Assembly: GCF_006345805.1 (NCBI RefSeq)
Contig: NC_043007.1
Span: forward strand, 10,168,001 to 10,232,000
Direction: 5' to 3'
DNA: 64,000 nucleotides
Source of the DNA: Octopus sinensis
Taxonomy: Eukaryota
The first letter of the stretch is position 1; each line of letters starts with the position of its first letter. Under the pieces are notes generated by a model. That model worked only from the letters and a program-made list of their open reading frames with translations. It did no database searches and was not told the DNA's origin. This document shows positions 53,125 through 64,000 of this stretch, in pieces. The position numbers were made by a program, and so were the translations under genes.

Positions 53125-53632
53125 GAACTCCTTGGTTTGGATTTGAAAACACTGAAAGTGGGAGCATACCCTTTCGGCTTCTTATCGCTTCTGAAGATCT
53201 GCTCGAAACTAACAGTGCCAGCACACCCAAAATATGCAAGCGAAGAATTTCTGCTCTCCCCTTTCCACCAGCATGGGTTAAAATCAGTAAACACTATGCT
53301 TTTTCGGTAAAATCCGAAACATTAAATAGAGAGAGATGAATTATAATTTCAACAATTGAGGGTAAAATTAATTAATTATTAATCAATTTCACCAAGTGTT
53401 CAGTATGTAAAGGGACCATTTAAGGCGAATTCAAATTATTACATTATATAAAAGGGCTTAGTAAAATAAATTACTTTGCCACATACTGAACTCATTAGAA
53501 ATAGTATCTAAAAAAACTTTTTTAAAACTATTTCTAATACTTAAAGAAAATCTCTCTCATATAGTGTTTGCTCAATTCAACTCACGAAAGTATGGGGGTA
53601 AAGACATTAAAAAATCAAATGCAAAGGTTATT

Positions 53633-53684
53633 TGAGAACGTACGTTTCAAGATTAGTCAACTCGACATTTCTATCATCAGCTCA
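53633..53684 (-). ncRNA. Type I hammerhead ribozyme motif (unit copy 2)
   Basis: Identical motif, 560 nt from copy 1. Confidence 0.7.
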
Positions 53685-54100
53685 GAACTCCTTGGTTTGG
53701 ATTTGAAAACTTTTTAGCTACTATTTCTAATGAGTTCAGTATGTGGCAAAGTAATTTATTTTACTAAGCCCTTTTATATAATGTAATAATTTGAATTCGC
53801 CTTAAATGGTCCCTTTACATACTGGACACTTGGTGAAATTGATTAATAATTAATTAATTTTACCCTCAATTGTTGAAATTATAATTCATCTCTCTCTATT
53901 TAATGTTTCGGATTTTACCGAAAAAGCATAGTGTTTACTGATTTTAACCCACGCTGGTGGAAAGGGGAGAGCAGAAATTCTTCGCTTGCATATTTTGGGT
54001 GTGCTGGCACTGTTAGTTTCGAGCAGATCTTCAGAAGCGATAAGAAGCCGAAAGGGTATGCTCCCACTTTCAGTGTTTTCAAATCCAAACCAAGGAGTTC

Positions 54101-54152
54101 TGAGCTGATGATAGAAATGTCGAGTTGACTAATCTTGAAACGTACGTTCTCA
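54101..54152 (+). ncRNA. Type I hammerhead ribozyme motif (inverted arm)
   Basis: TGAG(54101-04) CTGATGA(54105-11) tAGAaatGTCgagttGACtaaTCTt GAAA(54137-40) CGTACG T T CTCA(54149-52); palindromic stem III ACGUACGU; GUU triplet. Confidence 0.7.
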
Positions 54153-54356
54153 AATAACCTTTGCATTTGATTTTTTAATGTCTTTACCCCCATACTTTCG
54201 TGAGTTGAATTGAGCAAACACTATATGAGAGAGATTTTCTTTAAGTATTAGAAATAGTTTAAAAAAAGTTTTTTTAGCTACTATTTCTAATGAGTTCAGT
54301 ATGTGGCAAAGTAATTTATTTTACTAAGCCCTTTTATATAATATATATATATATAT

Positions 54357-54505
<149 letters not shown>

Positions 54506-54717
54506 TTCAAATCCTTTCGGGGTCGATAAATTAAGTACCAGTTACGCACTGGGGTCGATGTAATCGACTTAATCCATTTGTCTGGCCTTGTTTGTCCTCT
54601 CTGTGTTTAGCCCCTTGTGGATAGTAAAGAAATATATATATGTAATGGTAATAATGGTACACCCCTCACACGTGATTAATGGAATAACCTAGTCACTATA
54701 AGTAAAGATATATATAT

Positions 54718-55480
54718 ATATAAAAATTTAATTAAGGGTAGAAATCAATATTTATCAATTAATTAAAACCAGTGGTCTAGCATATTAAAAAAGAATCCGA
54801 AGATTAAATATTTATATATACCAATTAAGGACTGAACACGAAAAAGTGGACAGTCAACATGCTAGATATAGACGTCAAATCGCCATTCTCCACAAAAGAT
54901 TATGTTCTCAAATCAAACTCAACACAAACCCAAGCAATAAACAAGTGAAAATATACGAAAAACAATACTTATCCATGTACTGAATCAGTTTCGACTATTA
55001 TTATTAGCCTGGTTTTAATTAATTGATAAATATTGATTTCTACCCTTAATTAATTTTATAAAAAAATAAATATGTTCTCTAACCGATAAATTGACTGCTG
55101 CTAATTATTAGCTGCAGGCTATTTTCTTCGGGTCTCAACGCGCCAAAGTGGAAGGCATTTGAAATATACATTCGAATGTAATAGGTTGAACTCCACGCAC
55201 ATGATGATACTCCGGTATCGTTTTTGCATCTAGTTCAGCAAATTGCATTTATATCGGCCATGCTGACGAAGACTACAGGTATCCTTACGGATAATAATAG
55301 TCGAAACTGATTCAGTACATGGATAAGTATTGTTTTTCGTATATTTTCACTTGTTTATTGCTTGGGTTTGTGTTGAGTTTGATTTGAGAACAATCTTTTG
55401 TGGAGAATGGCGATTTGACGTCTATATCTAGCATGTTGACTGTCCACTTTTTCGTGTTCAGTCCTTAATTGGTATATATA
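54718..55480. mobile_element. PLE-like terminal-repeat remnant with two nested inverted duplications
   Basis: 54718-54771 inverted with 55009-55062; 54813-55005 inverted with 55291-55480; bounded by (TA)n; contains an HHR. Confidence 0.65.
55258..55322 (+). ncRNA. Type I hammerhead ribozyme, all three stems paired
   Basis: CCATG CTGACGA a GACTA cagg TATCC ttac GGATA ataa TAGTC GAAA CTG att CAG TA|CATGG; GUA triplet, predicted cleavage after 55317. Confidence 0.85.
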
Positions 55481-56121
55481 TATACATACACACACAATGA
55501 TGTCTACACGCGTGTAGGTTCTTTTTTTATGACATGCTCATGTGTTAAAAAAAAGGGGTAAAAAGAAAACTGCACGTACAATACATAACTTAGAAGCAGT
55601 ATTACGGATGTGTCAGCCACACGAGCTTGAGACATGGCCGCCCTCACGCACTTCTCATGAGGAATTCCGGAAGGAGCTTCGTGACACCAGTGCAGAGACG
55701 CTTCCGGTGGGGGGGGGAGCAATTGGGAAATCAATGATATTCACCTAGCGAATATTATTTATTTGTTAAACTAAGATCAGAAACCTATTGGTCCAGGAAA
55801 CTAGATGGTAAAATTTTTAATTTTTTCATTTCGTTCCTGTCGAATTTTATCCCTAATTTTGTGGTTATAGAACTTGATATCACTCGATCAAGTCCTAGGG
55901 ATATCTGAGGAAGGAATTTTTATATTCCGAAATATTAGAACAGACTATGGATGATTTAAATTACATCAGTTATTATAGTGCATTATTGTGCCATTCAAGA
56001 CACATTATTATAATTTTTTATTATTTTTTACAAACAATACACAATGTTCAAGTGAACTACAATACTCTCCTATACTTACATACACACACACACACACAAA
56101 TATATATATACATATATATAT

Positions 56122-56176
<55 letters not shown>

Positions 56177-56340
56177 ATATATTATATATATATACACACA
56201 TATATATATATATACATATATATATATACATAGATATGTATATAGAGAGAGAGAATTCACGAAAAAAACAAAACAAAAGATGAAGAAAGGTGGTATAGAA
56301 AACAAACAGATGTATTAGTATAATTCTCGGGAGTGAAAAG

Positions 56341-56378
56341 TCTTTAACGTTTCGAGCCTACGCCTTTCCACAGAAAGG
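56341..56378 (-). ncRNA. Atypical minimal hammerhead-like motif in a ~150-bp repeat (about 56255-56405)
   Basis: cCTTT CTGTGGA A AGG cgtagg CTC GAAA CG TT AAAGa. Confidence 0.4.
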
Positions 56379-56413
56379 AACACAGAAAGAAACAAGGAGA
56401 GAAAATAAGGAAT

Positions 56414-56444
<31 letters not shown>

Positions 56445-56586
56445 TATATATATTCGTTTACACATATATATACACACACACGCACACATATATAAAGACA
56501 CACACGCACACACATATATATACGTATATATATATACATTATATATAATATATATATATTATATATATATATATATATTATATTAT

Positions 56587-56628
<42 letters not shown>

Positions 56629-57144
56629 CATACATCCACACACACACACATGCATACAAATAATACATAATTCATATCCAGGGCAAAATCACTTTTTCAA
56701 ATGTTCACTACCTTACAAAAACTATATCAACTAAGCAAATGGCCTTCCCTAAATGCATTAAAAGCTCTATAGTATAATCTGATCGCTATTTCACAAAATT
56801 ATCGCCGTTCTCTTTGAACATATGAAAGACAAATTTGGCTGGGGCAAAATGAATAAGCCATGATAAGATAGATATGCGGTTTCAGTTTTCCAGAAAACAG
56901 ACTTATACACATAAATATCTATCCCAAGACAGAAAGAGCAGAAATGCAAATAAATAAATAAATAAATAAATAAATTATAGGCGCAGGAGTGGCTGCGTGG
57001 TAAGTAGCTTGCCAACCAACCACATGGTTCCGGGTTCAGTCCCACTGCGTGGCATCTTGGCCAAGTGTCTTCTGCTATAGCCTCAGGCCGACCAATGCCT
57101 TGTGAGTGGATTTGGTAGACGGAAACTGAAAGAAGCCTGTCGTA

Positions 57145-57216
<72 letters not shown>

Positions 57217-58048
57217 CTTGTGTGTCTGTGTTTGTCCCCCTAGCATTGCTTGACAACCGATGCTGGTGTGTTTACGGTCCCCGTCACTTAGCAGTTCGGC
57301 AAAAAGAGACCGATAGAATAAGTACTGGGGCTTACAAAGAATAAGTCCCGGGGTCGATTTGCTCGACTAAAGGCGGTGCTCCAGCATGGCCGCAGTCAAA
57401 TGACTGAAACAAGTAAAAGAAAAAAAAAATAAATACATAAATATCCAAGTCTGATGGGACAGGATCAGGGAAAATGGCACAAATGAAATTAACGAAAGTC
57501 GACAAAAAAAAAAATCAAAGTTAACGAAACTCGACTAAATAGAAAAGAAAAACAAACTAAAAAATCTGCTAGAGTGCCCTCTCCACAATGTATTTAGAAA
57601 CTTGCAGTTAAAGAAAAATATTATTGTAATTTGTCATTACTCATTTTACCCCATTCTAGACATCATTTTCTGAAACTTGAAAATTATCAAATTAGACATT
57701 AGAGTGGGGAAAAATTTGACTTGGGATTCAAGAGAGAAAAGAATATTGATTGTTAAACACCCAAAATTATCCAGATATTCTATTAGCAACCTCAATTACA
57801 ATCGAGTCGAAGGTGAAAAATTTCATGGAAAAAAAATGGACCTGTCACCTCACTACGTTTCGGACTCTCTCAATCTCAACAACAACTATGCTGACTAATT
57901 TTTACTCCTAAATACAATGTGGCAATTGAAAATGATGATACAATACTTGCATTGTAATGATTTCAGAGAAGGCGAGTAAAAATAAACGAGAAATCAGAAG
58001 TTATTCGTTTTGCTCCGTTTACTAAATTTCCCCCCACTATAATATTAT

Positions 58049-58124
<76 letters not shown>

Positions 58125-58478
58125 ATATATATATATATATAATATATATATATATTATAATATATATATATATATTATATATATATTATATATATGTATG
58201 TATGTATGTATATATATATATTCCTTGTGTTGTTTGTCTTGTAGTCTGTTTTTTCGTTGTTAAAAGATTGGTCCGTTTCCATTTTGTTTTTACGTTTTCG
58301 TTTCTCGTTGAGTTCTACGTCTATTTGTGGTGTCCTGACTCACGTATATATATTTATATAGCATGTAATATACATGTAGATGTAGGTACGTACATATATG
58401 TATGTATGTATTCTTATATTTTATTTATTACACTATTGTATGACTGAGCGCCCTCGCATCGTTCGTTTCCTCCAAGTA

Positions 58479-58533
<55 letters not shown>

Positions 58534-58563
58534 ATATATATATATATATATATAGCATATATA

Positions 58564-58641
<78 letters not shown>

Positions 58642-59194
58642 ATATGCGTGTGCTTGCATCGCATAAACGAAAAGGCCAAATGACAAAGAGGGGAAAAACC
58701 ATCGATTCCAATTCATGTCAAAGCCCTCTCCTAAGAGCTAAACGTAATAGAGACTTATGTCAAGGGAGGATTGGTCTTCTCAAGTATTAGAAAATCCAAC
58801 AGGAAAGAAGATAATTCTATAGACGAGCAGTAGCTGCCACCACCACCACCAATACCACCACCATCGCCACCGCCACCGCCGCCGCCTCCACCAGCGATTC
58901 CCGCCACTATCGCCGCCGCCGCTACCACCGCTGCTGCTACCACTGCCGCCGCCACCGCCGCCGCCACTGCCTCCACCGCCACTGCCTCCTTGGGCAAGTG
59001 TCTTCTGCGATTGCCCTGAGCCGATCAATGCCTTGTGTTTGAATTTGGTAGCTAGAAACTCTATGGAAGCACGTCGTATGTGGGTGCATATATGTTTGTA
59101 TGTAGTCGAAATTTATAGAAAAACAAAAAAACGAAGACAGGTGTATGAACAACAAGCAAGTGTATTAGTTTGGCGCTCGGGAAAAATGAATAAG

Positions 59195-59232
59195 ACTTTT
59201 AGGTTTCGAGCCTATGCTCTTCAACAAAAAGT
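59195..59232 (-). ncRNA. Atypical minimal hammerhead-like motif in a ~160-bp repeat (about 59105-59265)
   Basis: ACTTT TTGTTGA A GAG catagg CTC GAAA CC TA AAAGT. Confidence 0.45.
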
Positions 59233-59333
59233 AATATGAGGAAATATATGGAGAGAGAATGAAAAATAAAAGTGTTGAGTGCAGTGGTCCAACATGGCGA
59301 TATGCATGTGTATATATATGTATATGAATATCT

Positions 59334-59439
<106 letters not shown>

Positions 59440-59837
59440 ATATATATATATATATAATTATATAACATTTTTTATTGCCGACGAGGGGCTGCGTCTGCGC
59501 AGTAGATTTCGAAAAAAATTAGGATGTATAAACAAGAGGCACATAGTTGGTTGCCTCGTGTTTTATATATTTAATCTAAGGCGTACCTTTTGAAGAAGAT
59601 TTCACCTAGCGAATATTATTTATTTGTTAAACTAAGATCAGAAACCTATTGGTCCAGGAAACTAGATGGTAAAATTTTTTATTTCGTTCCTGTTGAATTT
59701 TATCCCTAATTTTGTAGTTATAGAACCTAGCTGTTCTTTCTAGCGTTTTGAATCCCACGAGTAGATTCCTTATGTGTTTAAATGTACACTTCATCCTAGT
59801 TGAAAGACACCTGTTCGTGATGTCCTGTTATTGTTGG

Positions 59838-60227
59838 ATGGATGGAAGCACTCCGTCGGTTACGACGACGAGGATTCCGGTTGATCCGAATCAACGGAAC
59901 AGCCTGCTCGTGAAATTAACATGTAAGTGGCTGAGCACTCCACAGACACGTGTACCCTTAACGTAGTTCTCGGGGATATTCAGCGTAACACAGAGAGTGA
60001 CAAGGCCGGCCCTTTGAAATACAGGTACAACAGAAACAGGAAGTAAGAGTGAGAGAAAGTTGTGGTGAAAGAGTACAGCAGGGATCACCACCATCCCCTG
60101 CCGGAGCCTCGTGGAGCTTTAGGTGTTTTCGCTCAATAAACACTCACAACGCCCGGTCTGGGAATCGAAATCGCGATCCTATGATCGCGAGTCCACTGCC
60201 CTAACCACTGGGCCATTGCGCCTCCCC
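59838..60227 (-). mobile_element. tRNA-derived SINE family 2
   Basis: Reverse complement of 18172-18560. Confidence 0.85.
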
Positions 60228-60633
60228 CTGTTATTGTTATTAATATTATTATTATTGTTTTTACGTATTATTTTTGTATTCATATTCGTGTAACATCGTC
60301 CGTTTTTCTGTCCTTGTTTTGTATACATTCGAAGCTTTCTTCCAAGGAATCTAATGCGCTTAGCTTAGTTTTTCCTTGGGGCTGGCCAGATTGGAGCAAT
60401 CTCAAGATTAATCAGCCGAAATTGCGAGGATGATCCGGTTCTTGACTGAAGATTGAAGGCTTCGAATGTCCCGTCCGTGTTTTTTGTGTCGTCATCAAAA
60501 TGTTTTGCGTTCTTGTCCCAGTTTGTAATTTTTATACATACATACGTACATACATACATACATACATACTACATACATACATACATATATATACACATAC
60601 ATACATACATAATACATACATACATACATACAA

Positions 60634-60693
<60 letters not shown>

Positions 60694-60780
60694 TATATAT
60701 AATATATATATATATATACATACATACATATACACATACACACACGTGTATATACATGTATGTGTGTGTGTGTGAGTGTG

Positions 60781-60811
<31 letters not shown>

Positions 60812-62661
60812 ACGTGTGGTTGTGAAAACTCCGGATATTAACGTTTAGTTAGTTGGGATGCATTACGGCATTGTTGCCCGTGTCAAGTGTATTTGACGAT
60901 CATAAGTCAAAATTTGAATCGAGGGAGTGTGCTTATTACTTCATTGTCTTTGTTTGCTTACTCATTTCATTCCTTTGTTTTCTTAAACTAGTTCTTGTCA
61001 TATTTTGCTAACTGCTTGCTTTTATCTTTTATACCGTCGCAAAATAAATTTCACTGTATGTCATACTAACCAAGTGAAATACGTCAAATATCAAGATGCT
61101 TTTTGAATTTAGTAAACATGTCAGAAACTACGTCATGTCAACATTGATACCTGCTGAAGCATTGAAAACATGAAGATAAAGAAATATAGGAGGCGGGAAA
61201 ATTGAAAGTAAAATAAGACCATTATTATTACATCATACTCTTTACTCTTTACTCTTTTACTTGTTTCAGTCATTTGACTGCGGCCATGCTGCAGCACCGC
61301 CTTTAGTCGAGCAAATCGACCCCGGGACTTATTCTTTGTAAGCCCAGTACTTATTCTATCGGTCTCTTTTGCCGAACCGCTAAGTGACGGGGACGTAAAC
61401 ACACCAGCATCGGTTGTCAAGCAATGCTAGGGGGACAAACACAAACACAGACACACAAACATATACACACACACTTATATATATATATATACATATATAC
61501 GACAGGCTTCTTTCAGTTTCCGTCTACCAAATCCACTCACAAGGCATTGGTCGGCCCGGGGCTATAGCAGAAGACACTTGCCCAAGATACCACGCCGTGG
61601 GACTGAACCCGGAACCATGTGGTTGGCTAGCAAGCTACTTACCACACAGCCACTCCTGCGCCTATATCGTATTTCATCTATTGACATTTATTTCTTTACT
61701 ACCCACAAGGGGCTAAACACAAAGGTGACAAACAAGGACAGACAAAGGGATTAAGTCGATTACATCGACCCCAGTGTGTAACTGACACTTAATTTATCGA
61801 CCCCGAAAGGATGAAAAGCAAAGTCGACCTCGGCGGAATTTGAACTCGGAACGTAACGACAGACGAAATACGGCTACGCATTTCGCCCGACGTGCTAACG
61901 TTTCTGCCAGCTCGCCGCCTTGTATTTCATCTATTGATATTATTAATGCGAGTTAATCGGTGAGCTGGCAGAACCATTAGCATGCCGGATAAAATGTTTT
62001 GCTGCATTTCGTCCGTATTTATGTGTTCTGAGTTCAAATCCTACCGTGGTTGACTTTACCTTTCATCCTATCGGGGTCGTTAAAATAAGTACCAGTTGAA
62101 CACTGGGGCTGATATAATTAACTTAATCCCTCTCCTGAAATTGCTGGCATTGTGCCAACATTTGAAATCTATATTATCAATGCGCGTAAATCGGCGAGCT
62201 GGCAGAATCGTTTGCACGCCGGATAAAATGTTTAGCTGCATTTCGTCCGTCTTTACGTTCTGAGTTAAAATTCCTCCGTTTCGGGTCTTTAAAATAAGTA
62301 TCAGTTAAACACTGGGGTTGATGTAATCGGTTAACCTCCTGCCCCCAAATTTCAGGCCTTGTGCTCATAGTAGAAGGGATTATTCTGCAAGTGTTGACGG
62401 CGGCGAGATGGCAGAATTGCTAGCACGACGGACAAAGTGTTTCGCAGCATTTCGTCAGTCTTTACGTTCTGAGTTCAAATTTCGTCGAAGCGAGTTTGCT
62501 TTTCATGTTTCCGAGGTCGATGAAATAAGTACTAGTCGAGCACTGGGGTTGATGTCATTGACCATTTCCCTTCCCTCAAATTTCGGGCCTTGTATCTATA
62601 ACAGAATTATTATCTCAAAGGTTGTTCTGAAATTAGTAAACCTCTCAGAGTGTATATAATA

Positions 62662-63216
62662 TTGGGTTGTCCGGAAAGTGCGTGCCAATTTTTAAAGGAA
62701 AGAAAAAGGTCAATAAATACTTGCCATTATATTTTTAATCAACCAAATATGAACCATTTTGTTGCACAATGCATCTCCATCTTTCCTTTAACTTGAAAAT
62801 ACCCTCTTCCCAGAATTGAGGAGGTTTCATGGCAAAGAATTCATCAAAGTATCTTTTTACGTCATCCAAGGAATTGAAATTTTTACCATTGCAGAGGCCC
62901 GAATAAGTGGAAATCTGAAGGAGCAATATCTGGTGAATATGAAAGGTGGGGTAATACATCTCAGCCGAGCTGCAGCAATTTTTGTTTGGTTCCCAAAGCA
63001 TTAAGTGCCGAAAATGAACTTTCTTATCTTCCAATTTAAAGGGTTACAGGATTAACACAGGTTATAGGAACATAAACCTTCCGCCACGAAAAGATAGCTT
63101 AAACTGTGCTCTAAATGGAGGTGTAGTCAAATTTTATTTTATGGACTCAACCATGTTCTAAAATAAGTCGAAAGGTAAGCTACTATAAATCGGCACGAAC
63201 TTTCCGGACAACCCAA
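62662..63216 (-). mobile_element. Internally deleted mariner
   Basis: TIRs TTGGGTTGTCCGGAAAGT.CGTGCC with TA TSDs. ORF 62735-63034 joins the N-terminus (MEDKKVHFRHLMLWE) to the C-terminus (FFAMKPPQFWEEGIFKLKERWRCIVQQNGSY). Confidence 0.88.
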
Positions 63217-64000
63217 TACTTTCTACTATATACTTTCTACTATCGGCACAAGGTCTGGAGGATAGTCGATTGCATCGACCCCAGTTCTCAATCAGAACTG
63301 AATTTATCAACCCCGAAAATATGAAAGGCAAAGACGACCTCGGTGGCATTTGAACTCAGAATATATACACGGAAGAAATGCCGTTAAGTATTTTGTCTAG
63401 TGCGGTTACGATCCTGCTAGCTCGCTTGTCAAGTTCTTTATAATACCCATGAAATGAAGAAATAAACAAAGAAAATTGAAAGTAAAATGTAGCCATTTTG
63501 ACATCATAAAAGACAATTTCCTAAATGTAATAGTCCAACATATTTTGCTTTAAGTAATTTCTATGTCTCTGTTTAAACAGAGCGCTTATGAGAAAACACC
63601 ATAATTTTTTTCCTTTACATGATAAAAACGGACTGTTTAAAAAGATTAATGGTAATGCATGTGATGAGGGGCGCATGCAGCCATTCATAACACCATTGTT
63701 ATATAATCATCCCAATCATATTCGTTCTATGTATTGTCCCCGCTGTGGTGTCCTGTCTGTCCTTGTTTGTCCTAATCTATATCGAGACCTTGTGGCTAAT
63801 AAAGAAATCTATATTCAGCAATCCATATATCCATTTTTTGCGGCCCACTGTTCCTGGGAATGTTGTGGGGATAGAGTCCTCAAACTCCATAGGGTCCTAT
63901 CAGAAGCAATTGTCATTATATTTCCTGCTGACTTCAAAGCGCGACCAATTGAATTTAGGGATATTATCCAATTATTTTGTTGGTCTATCCGTTGGTCGCC

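Noticed and set aside
53008-53310. 100-aa ORF (and its inverted copy 53915-54217) as a protein gene
   Set aside because: Starts at a non-ATG codon, has no recognisable domain, lies antisense to the HHR, and is duplicated only because the unit is.
58755-59028. Poly-Gly/poly-Ala ORFs
   Set aside because: Translation of a trinucleotide repeat fused to a SINE; no splice or homology support.
60300-60500. Hammerhead candidates CTGAAGA...GAAT (+) and CTTGGA-A-GAA-agc-TTC-GAAT (-)
   Set aside because: GAAA is replaced by GAAT and I could not build consistent stems I and III. Probably a PLE-type repeat, but too ambiguous to call.

Overview
Eukaryotic, AT-rich, repeat-saturated DNA. The SINE, microsatellite and transposon content suggests an octopod cephalopod (inference). 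I can reconstruct two spliced protein-coding genes arranged head-to-head. On the minus strand is an ATRIP-like gene: six phase-compatible coding exons from 21898 to 7196, with an unresolved 3' end that runs into degenerate duplicated exon-like segments. On the plus strand is NDUFB11 (complex I ESSS subunit): three exons from 27898 to 43617, 164 aa. The rest is mostly mobile DNA: several tRNA-derived and RTE-tailed SINE families, Penelope-like elements (PLE), CR1 and RTE LINE fragments, Tigger/pogo, two mariners, a probable Chapaev3-type relic, non-autonomous Helitrons, 8-bp-TSD MITEs and many (TA)n/(CA)n/(GA)n tracts. The most striking unexplained structure is a cluster of hammerhead ribozyme (HHR) motifs between about 43 and 60 kb. 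It comprises (1) a near-identical 560-bp unit in tandem and inverted arrangement carrying three type I HHRs, resembling a retrozyme or PLE pseudo-LTR; (2) a separate, fully paired type I HHR at 55258-55322; and (3) a four-copy family of minimal HHR-like motifs with an atypical core (CUG-U-N-GA-A) that shows a compensatory base change. All structural calls were made by eye; no alignment, folding or database search was run.
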